Source: Botryllus schlosseri (taxonomy: Eukaryota). From it: DNA of 64,000 bases. The stretch lies in contig CM119372.1 of assembly GCA_051294905.1 (NCBI GenBank), forward strand, positions 4,094,001-4,158,000, written 5' to 3'. Made by a program: the position numbers and the translations under genes. Shown piece by piece: positions 23,652 through 35,267 of this stretch. Each line of letters starts with the position of its first letter. The first letter of the stretch is position 1. The notes beneath the pieces are model-generated. The model worked only from the letters and a program-made list of their open reading frames with translations. It made no database searches and was not told the origin of the DNA.

Positions 23652-25060
23652 CAGAAGGGCTCAACGCCGTCTTTCATGTGAATAGTAAACGGCTCACCCA
23701 GTTTGCCAATGCCTTTGAATAGCTCTGGGTATGCTTTCTTGACGTCATCTTTGCTCCGCAAACGAGTCTCAGGGGTAAGTTTGACTGCCCTGATGGATAC
23801 TTGAACATCCTGGCACTCTTGAAGAAGTCCAAGTTCCAGTATAGCAGGAGCGCCAAGGAGTAGCTTATCCGCATCCGATACAATGTAGACTTTCTCTGTT
23901 AACGCCTTGAAGTCGGAGCTGAGTTTCATCCGTACAAAACCAACAGTATTGAGAGGTTGTCGATTAACTCCAATGAGCCGTCTATCAGATTTCTGTATAG
24001 GCCCATATTGTCTCTTGTACAATCGCCGCGGCATGACAGACACTTCTGCTCCAGAGTCAACAATCCATTTCAGAGTGTTGTTAACGACTCTCAACATGAT
24101 AGTCCACTGGATAGTCTTAGTAGCCTGTGCTGAACCTACCGATGCTTCTGCTTCCTGGGTTTCGCCCACACTTCCACACATTGCGTCTGGAAGTTCTTCC
24201 TCGTCATAACACTCAGCGCTTGTTTCTTCCTCAATCGTTTCGCTATCCAGCACGCATACATTTCTACTTCTGCACCTTTCCTTATAATGGCCCGTTCTAC
24301 CACATCTGTAGCATTTTACTGAGGCTGCTGGACAGAACCCTCTGCCTCTTTTGTGCCGTCGACCGCAAAATGTGCAGTTTATTATAGGCACAGTTTCAAC
24401 TGCAGGCTTCTTAAAAGTTTGAGGTCTCGCTTTGTTGGCCACCGCTTCTATTGCTGTAGGTGCAGATCTCCGATCAGCATAGCTCCTTCTCGTCTCCTGT
24501 GTAGTCACAACGTCGATAATCTTCTGAGACGTTAGCTTGTCAAAGTCGATTTCCGATAGCTTGTACAACATCTCAGAATCATCTACGCACCCGACAATAA
24601 GTTTAGCCCGAACGGTTGCGTCGTACACTGCTGGAGGAAATTGGCATTTTCGTGCAGCCTTTCTGACTGCATGTACCCAAGATGCAAATGATTCACCCTC
24701 TTTGCGTTGTAAGAAATGGAAGAATTGAAGGTGTGCTTCAAACCTGCCATCCCGAACCTTGAAACGTTCATCAAACTTCTTCAAGACGGTATCAAGGTCA
24801 GTTTTGTCTTCTGCTGCAACTGCTTCCACACCGTCTGATTCTGCGACTGCTTCAGCAAACACGAAATCCTCGTATATTTCCTTTCCTTCATTGCCTATGA
24901 ATTGCTGTAATAATCCAACTTTCTGGCGCCCAGGTGATTCAGCATGACCTGCTGCATCGATAAAGATCAGGAATTTCTTTTTCCATTCCAGCCAGGCTTC
25001 TGCCTCATTCACGGCGCCTATTATTGTGAGATCCCCCGGACCTAATACATAGGCCGCCAT
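23648..25060 (-). CDS. gag: Gypsy gag (two Zn knuckles) plus aspartic protease
   Basis: CTFCGRRH..C, CYRCGRTGHYKERC, WIVDSGAEVSV; starts at ATG just downstream of the PBS. Confidence 0.93.
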   Translation of the reverse strand: MAAYVLGPGDLTIIGAVNEAEAWLEWKKKFLIFIDAAGHAESPGRQKVGLLQQFIGNEGKEIYEDFVFAEAVAESDGVEAVAAEDKTDLDTVLKKFDERFKVRDGRFEAHLQFFHFLQRKEGESFASWVHAVRKAARKCQFPPAVYDATVRAKLIVGCVDDSEMLYKLSEIDFDKLTSQKIIDVVTTQETRRSYADRRSAPTAIEAVANKARPQTFKKPAVETVPIINCTFCGRRHKRGRGFCPAASVKCYRCGRTGHYKERCRSRNVCVLDSETIEEETSAECYDEEELPDAMCGSVGETQEAEASVGSAQATKTIQWTIMLRVVNNTLKWIVDSGAEVSVMPRRLYKRQYGPIQKSDRRLIGVNRQPLNTVGFVRMKLSSDFKALTEKVYIVSDADKLLLGAPAILELGLLQECQDVQVSIRAVKLTPETRLRSKDDVKKAYPELFKGIGKLGEPFTIHMKDGVEPFC

Positions 25061-25090
25061 AATCTAGTAATTAGGCTAGTTCGAAGTTAT

Positions 25091-25102
25091 CCGCTGCCAC
25101 CA
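25091..25102 (-). promoter_or_regulatory. Primer-binding site TGGTGGCAGCGG, complementary to a tRNA-Leu 3' end
   Basis: Directly follows the 5' LTR on the minus strand; matches the recalled ...CCGCTGCCA-CCA end of tRNA-Leu(AAG/TAG). Confidence 0.8.
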
Positions 25103-25254
25103 TGTAGTATTATCACTTAGCTTCTAGCTGTCTACTTAGACAGATACCTTTACAAGTCGGATTCGAAGTGTATTCCCCACAGACCACATGCTTGTCTGTC
25201 ATCAAAACAATACGGAACCCATCGCTGCTCAATCAAGCATATAATAACACCACA
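25103..25254 (-). repeat. 5' LTR
   Basis: Identical to 20641-20792. Confidence 0.95.
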
Positions 25255-25449
25255 GATGGTGTTAACTGGATGCTCTGACGTGCAGTTGCGGTATTAGCTG
25301 AAAACACTGTACTCAGACACTACTACAACTATTATGGGCGTGGCCCTACCACAGCCGATAGTACCTTATGCTATGATTACCGGTATGACATTTTTACAGA
25401 CTGTACTGTACACTGTACAGAATTCGATAGTATACTTTGGAAATAAAAT

Positions 25450-27177
25450 ACGAGGACGGAAAATTGCAACAGACAGGAAAAGTTTAGAATAATTGAATTG
25501 ATAGAAGAATATATTGAAACCAAAGAAGACAAAAAGACTGACGGCAAAACAAAAAGACGCGGCCTGAGATGTAATCAGTAAGAAATATGCAGCTATGAAT
25601 ACCGGTCCTGCGCGTGCAGCCGTACAACTGGCCAAATCCAGAATGTATTGAAAAATTTGAAACGAAAAGCAAAAAAGTTGTATGCATCACGACGCGTCGA
25701 ACGGGCCAAAACTGGCCCACCTCCAGTTGACGAACTCCTTGGAAAAGGTTTTCGATAGGTAATTTTACTGACAATTCTTTAAAATTCGCAGTAGGAGATG
25801 TATTGTTTCCATCTGTGTTTATCGTGACTCTCTGCGTGCTTCATACTCACGTTTTAACTCTCGTTTTGAACTGAATAGACAAATTTTGATGATCATGAGA
25901 AACATTTATTGTCTTTTTGCAATTCCCAACTAACTAACCATATCCAGAGACTGCTGCACGTCATCAGCTATACGAAAACGACACATGGGGAACACTGCTC
26001 AGCAAATTCCTAATCTGAACCGCTCCTTGATCAATCTGCAATTGATTTTTATAGCACTGGTATATTTATTATCACTTTTCAGACCTTATTCCATCTCAAA
26101 TTGAATGTTTGAAACATCGGTATGACTACGATTGCGTATTCGATAGTCACACGAACAATGGTGAGTGCATTTAGGACATAAACTTTTTTAATATGTTACA
26201 ACCAACGACAGAGGAACTTGCATCCAATTTAACTTGCAACAGTCTGGCTTTGCTACAGTGCAGGTGCCTGAGCAGTCTCGTTGGCCATATTATTGTTAGG
26301 CTTGCAACTTGACTTGAAGATTTGATTTCGAGTCAGGATTTCTCATACCGTATGTCATATTGAAGCAGTGACTCGAGTCAAATCCATTCATCCTATTCCA
26401 ACTCGAGTCAAGTCATGATTTTAGTCATCCATCCTTCCTATGTGTCGCGAGGTTAAGATAAACCGTGAAAAAATAATTTGAAAGTAACTTTTCTAATGTA
26501 TTTCTTACTAAAATTTTTAAATAAAATGTTTATTCAGATGCATATTCCGAAGATTCAGTTTGCATCTTCATCATCGACGAGGATGTGAACACAGAGGCTG
26601 GTTCTTCATGTCACAACAGCGATGGTAAGTTGAGGTACTAATTTGAAATCCATATGAATCGTGTTGGTACTAACATAGCCACACGAATACTTCAAATAGA
26701 ACATTGCTGGTTGTTTAACATTGCTCTATTGAATTTGAACTCTATTGAATCAATACAACTGTTGTTAACCATAGTTTTCTTGCAGCAAATGAAATTGCTG
26801 CCTATTTCGTTGTTGATGGCGATGTGACGCTTTCTTCAGTTCCCTCGACAGACTTCAGGATGGAACACCAGACCGGTAAGTGTTAGCATACAATGATGGT
26901 GATGCAACCCACAGTTTATTCATTGCTACATTCAGATATGCAAGATAAAACAGAGAACACAAAAAGCTCAACGCCAATTGTCTCGAAAAAGAGAGCCAGG
27001 TGTGTTGATGAAAAAAATCATATTTTAACTATAATGTTGGTGATCAAAATGTGGTGTTCGGAAATGAGCGTCCTGGAAATGGCAAAGGAGCAACATGATA
27101 TCAGAATGAAATATTTTAAATTACAGATGCATGTCAAGTACCAGAAACTGGAAATGGAAAAAGAACTGCAAAATTGA
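25450..27177 (+). pseudogene. Harbinger Myb/SANT-like DNA-binding protein, spliced and degenerate
   Basis: QEKFRIIELIEEYIETKEDKKTD..AA*DVISKKY..R..VQL..Y*KNLKRKAKK..KTGPPP (W codons mutated to stops); putative small exons near 26538 and 26786; coiled-coil C-terminus EMAKEQHDIRMKYFKLQM. Confidence 0.75.
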
Positions 27178-27599
27178 GAAAATACAGCAACGAATCGAAA
27201 TAGCACAAAAACCAGACTTGGACAACTAGTTAATTGGCTGTATAATTAGAATAGTAAGTGCAAAATGCCAGTAATATAATTCTAACTTAATTTCTGGTTT
27301 TGCTGAAAATTCTACGGTAGAACTCTACAATACTAAGCGAGTTGTGCAGATTCAATTTCCAAATTTTCACATATTCAGTAATCCCTATTCTAATTTAATT
27401 GAAAAATAACTACTGTCTATAATTCTATTCTAATTTGGAAAAATATGCAGCCATAATTATCATTATAGTCTAATTTTGAAAAGCTGATTTACTAGTTGTC
27501 CAATTCTGACTACAGCATGGGCTACTGGATCTCGTAATAAAAATAATTGACGAGGAATTGAATGTGTGGTTATTGGTGTTCAAACACGAGATGAAATAC

Positions 27600-27770
27600 T
27601 CAAGACATTCCAGAGAAGTGATTTTGAACAATCTGTCTGCGCTGAAGTCGTGCTCGGTTGTGTTGTGCCGTCATGTTATCGGTGTCTTTGACCAATCTTC
27701 TTGGCACTCTCTCTTCTGCTAGGCTCTCTAACATCTGGAGGGTAGCAAGAACATTGAGGTATGGATCCAT
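27600..27770 (-). pseudogene. Internally deleted Harbinger transposase (N-terminus fused to C-terminus)
   Basis: MDPYLNVLATLQMLESLAEERVPRRLVKD joined to RARLQRRQIVQNHF*, resembling HARBI1-type termini; convergent with the Myb gene. Confidence 0.55.
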
Positions 27771-28666
27771 TGTTATTCTCAGTCGATATTGCACTATATT
27801 AATGTAGCTCTCTATTCTATAAAACAGGTTGTATTGAATTTTATGGTTGACCAAATTCTTGATAAACTGAAGTGAGGTTTGGCTGTCAACAAACAAGATT
27901 ACTCAACTGGGTAACAGCAGATAACTTTGCATTGCAAAATTGTAACATAAATGCATTACTGTTTGTACAGCACTTGAGCACATTGCACAACAGTTAGATC
28001 CTTGCAATGGCTGAAATTTACTTCTACATTCCTGCAGAGCCAATTGTCATTGGTATGGAGAAATCAAAATCGTATGCAAATGTGCGTGTATGAACTCAAT
28101 TTGTATATCTTCACATTGGTGAAGCGGCTATCATGACTAATGCACCAATAAACGGAAAATATAATTATATCTGAAAAGTATCTATCTAGTTCTAGATATC
28201 CCTGAGTAATGAGATAAATGTCCTGCAATATACGAAATTTGTGATAGAGTTTCTGGCATAGCAATACCGGTAGACGATGATTTTGGTACGCTATTCCTAC
28301 AACACCTCTTTTCATAACCTCAAAACGTTTGTTCTGACGCGTTCTGGCGTTCATAACCTTACACTGTGCAGTAGCAACAGTTTAGTTGGCTGCTATACGC
28401 ACATGACATCAACTAAACATACATATCTATGAAGAGCGCATCTCTCCCTCATGACGACACAGTTCATATCGCCACCGACCGAAAACAGCTGATTGCTAAC
28501 GTACGTCATTTGCGTCGATTTGCGTCAGTAATCCGCGATAAGATAACTCACAGGCGAATCCGTATCTGTACCACAGAGTCACCAGGTGACCTTGCTCGCT
28601 GATTAAATTATCGCCGATTAAGGCAATCGGTGATTACTTTTCAATCGGCATCCGTGCAATCCACCC

Positions 28667-30410
28667 TACATCTTAAAAACGACGTCAAGTCTGGTAAATG
28701 TGAACTGGAGTATTCGGAAATTTCCGACACAATATGCGGCAATATATATTTCGTTCGTTCTCAGCTCCAGGCATCTTTCGAAGTTTGATACGGCCTTTAA
28801 CATATTATTGAGGACCCATTCTATTCATAACAGAGTAAGAAGTCCCTCGTTCTTTGGCTATTATACCATAAAAACAACATCAACTCTGGTGCATGTGGAT
28901 TGGTTTATTAGGCAATATCCGACACAATATGCGGCAATATATATTTCGATGGTTCTCAGCTCCAGGCATCTTCCGAAGTTTGAAACGGCTTTTAAGATGT
29001 TGTTTAGGACCCAATTTATTCATAACAGGGTAAGAAGTCTCTCCTTCTTTGGCTATTATATCTTTAAAACGACGTCAAGTCTGTGAATTGGAGTATTGCG
29101 CGATTTCCGACACAATATGCAGCAATATATATTTTGATGGTTCTCAGCTCCAGGCATCTTCCGAAGTTTGAAACGGCTTTTAAGATGTTATTTAGGACTC
29201 ATTTTATTCATAACAGGGTAAGAAGTCCTTCCTTCTTTGGCTATTAAATCTTTTAAACGACGTCAAGTCTGCTACATGTGAATTGGAGTATATTAGGCAA
29301 TTTCCGACACAATATGCGGGAATATATATTTTGATGGTTCTCAGCTCCAGGCATCTTCCGAAGTTTGAAACGGCTTTTAAGATGTTGTTTAGGACCCAAT
29401 TTATTCATAACAGGGTAAGATGTCTCTCCTTCTTTGGCTATTATATCTTTAAAGCGACGTCAAGTCGGTGAATTGGAGTATTGCGCGATTTCCGACACAA
29501 TATGCGGCAATATATATTTTGCTGGTTCTCAGCTCCAGGCATATTCCGAAGTTTGAAACGGCTTTTAAGATGTTGTTTAGGACCCAATTTATTCATAACA
29601 GGGTAAGAAGTCTCTCCTTCTTTGGCTATTATATCTTTAAAACGACGTCAAGTCTGCTACATGTGAATTGGAGTATTAGGCAATTTCCGACACAATATGC
29701 GGCAATATATATTTTGATGGTTCTCAGCTCCAGGCATATTCCGAAGTTTGAAACGGCTTTTAAGATGTTATTTAGGACCCATTTTATTCATAACAGGGTA
29801 AGAAGTCCTTCCTTCTTTGGCTATTATATCTTTAAAACGACGTCAAGTCTGCTACATGTGAATTTGAGTATTAGGCAATTTCCGACACAATATGCGACAA
29901 TATATATTTTGATGGTTCTCAGCTCCAGGCATCTTCCGAAGTTTGAAACGGCTTTTAAGATGTTATGTAGGACCCAATTTATTCATAACAGGGTAAGAAG
30001 TCCTTCCTTCTTTGGTTATTATATCTTTAAAACGACGTCAAGTCTGCTACATGTGAATTTGAGTATTAGGCAATTTCCGACACAATATGCGGCAATATAT
30101 ATTTTGATGGTTCTCAGCTCCAGGCATATTCCGAAGATTGAAATGACTTTGTAAATGTTAGCTAAGACCCTTTTCATCCATAACAGGGCAGGAAGTCATC
30201 CCTACTTCGGCTATTAGATGTTAAAATCGGCATCGAGTCTAGGTACATCTGAACTCGTGTAGGCCTATTTGGCAATTTCAGGCATAATTATCTACTGAAT
30301 ATATGTCGATGGTTCCCATCTCCTGATAGGTTTCGAAGTTTGAAACGGCTATTATTATGTTATTAGGGCCCCTTAAATTCATAAAAGGGTACTAAGTCCT
30401 TCCCACAATG
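28667..30410. repeat. Right arm, outer segment: 195-bp repeat, about 9 units
   Basis: Reverse complement of the 11285-13430 units; two units carry the same short deletion (near 29082 and 29467). Confidence 0.93.
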
Positions 30411-32289
30411 GCGATCATGCGGTAAAAACGACATAAATGCAGGTTAAAATTATCTGGCAACCGCTTTTTGTGATATTTGAAAATTTTCCAATCTTAAATA
30501 TATAATGTTCCCATCGTAATAACAAGTGTTTCTCATATCGCGTACTTTTTCTAATAGAATCACGGTGGTCGGTGCCTGCATATAGCATGTAAAAACGAAG
30601 CCGAATGGTGTCTAACATCTTCATTGCTGCGTCCCTATGAGCATTATGCAGTAATCAGAGAATGGTGAATGGTACCGGTAGCTTCCATCGCAAAGGACAA
30701 GAAGCTATAAAGAAAGATTGTATTACCGTACGTTGGAACTGTGAAAAGGATTTTATTTTAGGTTTGTGTAACACTGGCATATTTGTGAGAAACTTGTTAT
30801 TTATAACATTGATTTCCATCTACTTTTATCATAAACGTTATATTATTATGACAATCTGCATATTATTATTGCCTCGACTCCTATTTGTGTTTCTTCTTCT
30901 GTTACCTCCACTGAGCTATATCCTCTGAGTGCACTGTATTAGTCCGCTGCGATAATTGCGACGAGTAGTATAAGACCTGTACATGTGATTTCATGATTCC
31001 CAGTCAAATTTGTTTATTTTTGACGAAGTAATAAATTGTCAATACGGTATGTCTGTAGTTTGTGATTTACATTTCTAGATCACTCAGAGAATATAAGAGT
31101 CTGTGAAAGATATTTCCACAATAGTGATATCAGGCTTGTCTCAGTCAGTGATTTACATTACTAGAGCTCTCGGAATACAAAAGTATATCACAAGACAATT
31201 CCACGATAATAACATCAGGCTAACGCATTGCTGCAGACAGAATACGAGATATGGCTGTGTCCCATCTAAATTTACGTGGCAAAAGATTTCAGTCGAGCAA
31301 CACCAAGTGAAGAGAATATCAGACAGCTTGTGTGTTGACGTGGATATTTTTCTATATACTCATAGAGGCAGATGATCCAACCAGTTTGTACAGCAGGGTT
31401 CGCCAACTCAATACCAGTCTCAAGGCAACATCGAGACGAAATATGTCACACATAGTTACCACAAAAGAACTAGTATTTTATTGAAGGAATACAAATACAA
31501 CAAAGAATATCGGGATAATGAATATCATTTTATTCTACAGTATGAGCTGCGTACGATACCTGACAACAGTTTGCATAACAGTACTATCTGAAAGACATCT
31601 CTTAATCTTGTGGGAATCCCTAAGTGGTTTTCTAAGACTCTCAGTCTTGGCAGTATCTCGATCCGCCGTCACACGTCAAGCCAAGATACCCCACCCATTC
31701 ATATCAGCTGGTTCTGTCTCGATTAAATGCTGTTACCATCGCCGAAGCTGTTTCAGCTAGCGAGACAGGCCACCCCTGGGGTTTTCCACCCAGATCTGGG
31801 GTTTTCGGGCATCCCCTGGGTCATCAGAGTGTTCGTCAGGTCAATTTCACGCTCGAAAATCAATTATTAGACCAGTAAGATCATAATGTCGTGAAATGTA
31901 CGTCCTTCAGTTCGAGTTCGCCATTGTCGATGGATTCAGCTGTTACTGTAACGGGAGAGTCTTGAGAGACTGTTTACATTCGATAGTTTCACTACTAAAA
32001 TGAGATGCCTTGCGATACGATGGAGCTTCATTGAATGCTGACAGTCAGGTACTTGGCTGCAATCATGTATGTCTTCATCTTTCCAAACTAAAGATTGAAT
32101 GAGCATATAGGAGTCAATATTGTTACGCCGTTTTGGGTATGCTACATCAAGATAGTCAATCATCTCCAAATAAGTTTCATGCAGCATTAATGCCAATAAA
32201 CGAACACAGTAAATTAATATGTACCGGTACTGTGTCTGAGAAAATGAGAATAATCCATGTATTCTACAAACGTTTTGTAGCCTAATAAT

Positions 32290-32799
32290 CAATGTTCCCT
32301 CTAATTCAGTGGTTCCCAACGTGGGCGATATCGCCCCTGGGGGCGATTTGGCGATCTAGGGGGGGCGAAAATAGCGAAGGGGGCGATGACACGTCAATAC
32401 GGCTGACCTTTTGTTTTTTAGTCAACCCACGGAAATTTAGTTACAAAAGTGTGTCAAATTAGACGTCGAGCCGAAAATGTGACCATTTTTTTAGTCAACC
32501 CGCCGGATAATTATAGTTTGTACGCCCAATTTACGGTACACAAAATTTGGGGGGCGATGATCGGTGTCGACCTTGAAAAGGGGGCGATGGGTCGAAAAAG
32601 GTTGGGACCCACTGCAGTCTAATTTTTGATGAGTCTGCGCACACTCACCAACCAACTGCGCAGAGCCTTGGACATGGACAACAGTGGGTAACGACTAAAA
32701 AAATGGTCCTCACTTCAGATTTTTTGTGCGCAACTTGAATTTTCTGTGCGAAGAGACAGTGTAAGCACTGCGCACGTGCGAAGCTTAGAGGTAACATTG
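32290..32799. mobile_element. hAT MITE (CAATGTTCCCTCTAA termini) containing a Charlie-like MITE at 32307-32614
   Basis: TSD ctaataat at 32282-32289 and 32800-32807; inner element cagtggttcccaac...gttgggacccactg. Confidence 0.8.
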
Positions 32800-33176
32800 C
32801 TAATAATCTATTATTTCCAGATCAAGTGAATTTCAGTGCAAGCGTTTCAATGTCCACAAACGTAAAAACTGTTGAATATGCATAGGCTACACAGGTAGCC
32901 ATACATCCGTTCGCGACAATAAGAAGCCAAGAACTACGTTCTTTACAGTTCCAAGCTGAACTTCTTACAAGAAATTAGCATAAAATAATATTAAATCACC
33001 TTATATATACGCGGCTTCCTTACATTCCAATGGCGAGGTATTCAGAAACGTCGGCGAATAACCTCGTCAGGGGAGCAAAATGTGGCTGGTTCTAATCTTG
33101 GCCAGTCATACACTACTGGCGCCAGAGCGCTGGAAATCGTCTATACTAAACAGCGGACCATAACAAGATAGCTCAT

Positions 33177-34310
33177 TAGTGCGATTTTTTTGACATGTCA
33201 ATAAAAGTCAAAATTAGGTCAAATTGTTTACAAAATCAAACATTTTTTGACCTCTACATTTAGTTTATATCGTATATTTTGCGCTGTCTGTGAACTTATC
33301 ATTTGATAATTTACAGCCTGTAGCCTACTTTATAGGCCTACCGTTGTAAACGGTCCATCGTCTGCTTATTGTGAATCATAAACCGTCTAATGAAACAAAT
33401 AGTGACATGGTTTTATGGTCAACGTACCGCAATATCCTAACTGAAGCAAGACTGCTTGGGCATTGCATGGTTCTTGCATCGAGAAGCGCAAGCTGAAAAA
33501 TTGTGATATAGACAACATTGTCAGAATGAAGCAACATGGTGCATCACCAGCAAGCAGTGTGCAGTGCACACAACTTCAGTGTTGTCAGCTAATAACTGCT
33601 GCTGTTGAACGTTCTTTCTCCATTCTTGACAAGCTACTCAGTAAGAACAGACACTTTCTACCCGAGATAGCGCAGTGGTATAATCCGGGGCTGTAACACC
33701 AATGGGTGTGGGTTCGATTCCGACCGAGGTTGACTTCATAATTCCGATAGCTAAGTGTTGGAGGTTTACCTAGGCTCCTCGTCGCCACCTCATCCGCGTA
33801 AGCGGTGTCTTACAAAAAAGCCTAGAGGTGGGCCGTGCTATATGTTGGCAGTTACGGAAAATAATGAAGAACATCGGCCTGGTGTAAATGACCATAGTAG
33901 TTGACAAACACCATGAATACCGCAAAACAAACACTTTCTACCCGAGAATGTAGGAAAGTATCTTTCGTTGTACTACCACAAATTTTAATTATTCCACCAT
34001 AATACGTAATGTAACTACTGCAATTCTTCATAGGGCCAGATTTCGTTAAAATACTAGTTTTTTCATGTGAAAATTTGTCAGTTTTTGAGCCAAAAACGTT
34101 CTTTCAGGCCAATCTACTTTGTAAGGACATACAGTTCCAACCAGAAATGAAGATAGGCAGTACAATTTTAACATTATGTGCGAAAACACCTAATTTGCAT
34201 GCGTGAGGTCAAAATTTGGTCAAATTTCAGTTTTTTTAGGTCAAAAAAGTCAAAATTTAGATTTTTTAGGTCAAAATCTTCCGTGTTTAAGGCCAAAAAA
34301 AATCGCCCTA
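33177..34310 (+). mobile_element. Non-autonomous hAT element with 5-bp TSD and a C-terminal transposase remnant
   Basis: TIR tagtgcgattttttt / aaaaaaatcgcccta; TSD ctcat (33172-33176, 34311-34315); QCCQLITAAVERSFSILDKLLSKNRHFLPENVGKY once the SINE is removed; related copy at about 44285-44670. Confidence 0.75.
33668..33930 (+). mobile_element. Second tRNA-derived SINE family
   Basis: A-box tagcgcagtgg, B-box ggttcgattcc; 17-bp TSD acactttctacccgaga (33651-33667, 33931-33947); 3' tail also at 51003-51068. Confidence 0.85.
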
Positions 34311-35267
34311 CTCATTACTAAAGGGCGGAGAGCGGAAAAGCGGAACATGTAATACTAAACGGCGGACCGGCGGACTATCACAAAATTTACAATGTAAACG
34401 GCGGAACGCGGATCAGGCGCGTCTCGTAATTTTCTCAAGTGATCTTTTCCTGGACTTTGTTGAAGCTTATATTTTGTTGAAAATTTTGTCAAGTAATGTA
34501 ATTCTTCAACATCTAGTTATGAGTTACGACACAATTTTACTTTATTCCATGTCGTTTTGTACTTTATATGTTTTGTATTTCTAAAATGTAGTAAACTTTT
34601 ATTGGTCATGACATTGTAATCTGTTGACACCGGATCACAGTGTCAGTTCTATAATAGAACTTCTATTAACAATTTCAACAATAACAATCATTTCAAAAGA
34701 CTACAACACTGCGATACAATGAAAAGATAATAATAAGATCTTGGTTGCTTTCACACCTTATTTAACGTCCACTTGCAAAGTAATAATTATATTTATGTTT
34801 ATTATTGTCGAATGGACGGGGAAAAGCGTAGTGGTAACGATAAAGCGCCCACCAATGTGGCGGATCCAGCGCGATTCCCGTCGGAGGTCTATTTGGGCTC
34901 CTCTTCCCCCGCCGTTGCCGTTCTTACGGCGACAAAAAAGCAGAGGTGGTCAGTAACGAAGTACTTCTATTTTTTTCAAGTACTCAAGTAGTTTTACTCA
35001 ACTTCTGGTACTTACTCTGATCATTTTTTCGCTACTTCTACTTCGTAATATTTTGTGAACTACTTATTTAATTTTCGCTATTTTCAGTTTGTCAAGTAGA
35101 AGTAGTTTATTCCCCCAATAAGAAAGATAGCCTACAGAATTTTGGGGCTCTTTTCACGTAGTACCAACATTTAATTTCCATAAAAGTCAAGTAATACCCA
35201 GAATTTTCGTTGCACTTCGTGCACAGTAGATATGGAGTGACAAATATGTTTTAACGAAAGTATCGCT

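Larger units (their letters stand above)
20641..25254 (-). mobile_element. Full-length Ty3/Gypsy LTR retrotransposon (Mag/SURL-like), 4614 bp
   Basis: Identical 152-bp TG..CA LTRs; 5-bp TSD gatgg (20636-20640, 25255-25259); PBS; PPT; gag-pro-RT-RH-IN order. Confidence 0.97.
20419..28666. mobile_element. PIF/Harbinger DNA transposon (defective) inserted in the right arm
   Basis: TIR gggtggattgcacagatg / catccgtgcaatccaccc; 3-bp TSD tac (20416-20418, 28667-28669), with the empty site visible in the left arm near 13428; Myb/SANT and transposase remnants inside. Confidence 0.9.
11127..30569 (-). mobile_element. Giant foldback (FB-NOF/Mutator-like) transposon with satellite-built inverted arms
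   Basis: Ends accaccgttattctattagaaaaagtacg / cgtactttttctaatagaatcacggtggt; 8-bp TSD cggtgcct at 11119-11126 and 30570-30577; inverted homology runs over more than 3 kb per arm. Confidence 0.93.

Noticed and set aside
21236..24947. Small alternative-frame and antisense ORFs within the Gypsy element
   Set aside because: No recognisable motifs; expected by chance opposite a long coding region
30600..32280. Short ORFs right of the foldback element
   Set aside because: No domain similarity or consistent exon structure that I could recognise
33668..33745. Functional tRNA genes here and at 15150-15222, 35460-35531 and 57680-57750
   Set aside because: A and B boxes are present but I could not fold a full cloverleaf, and each is attached to a SINE body and tail
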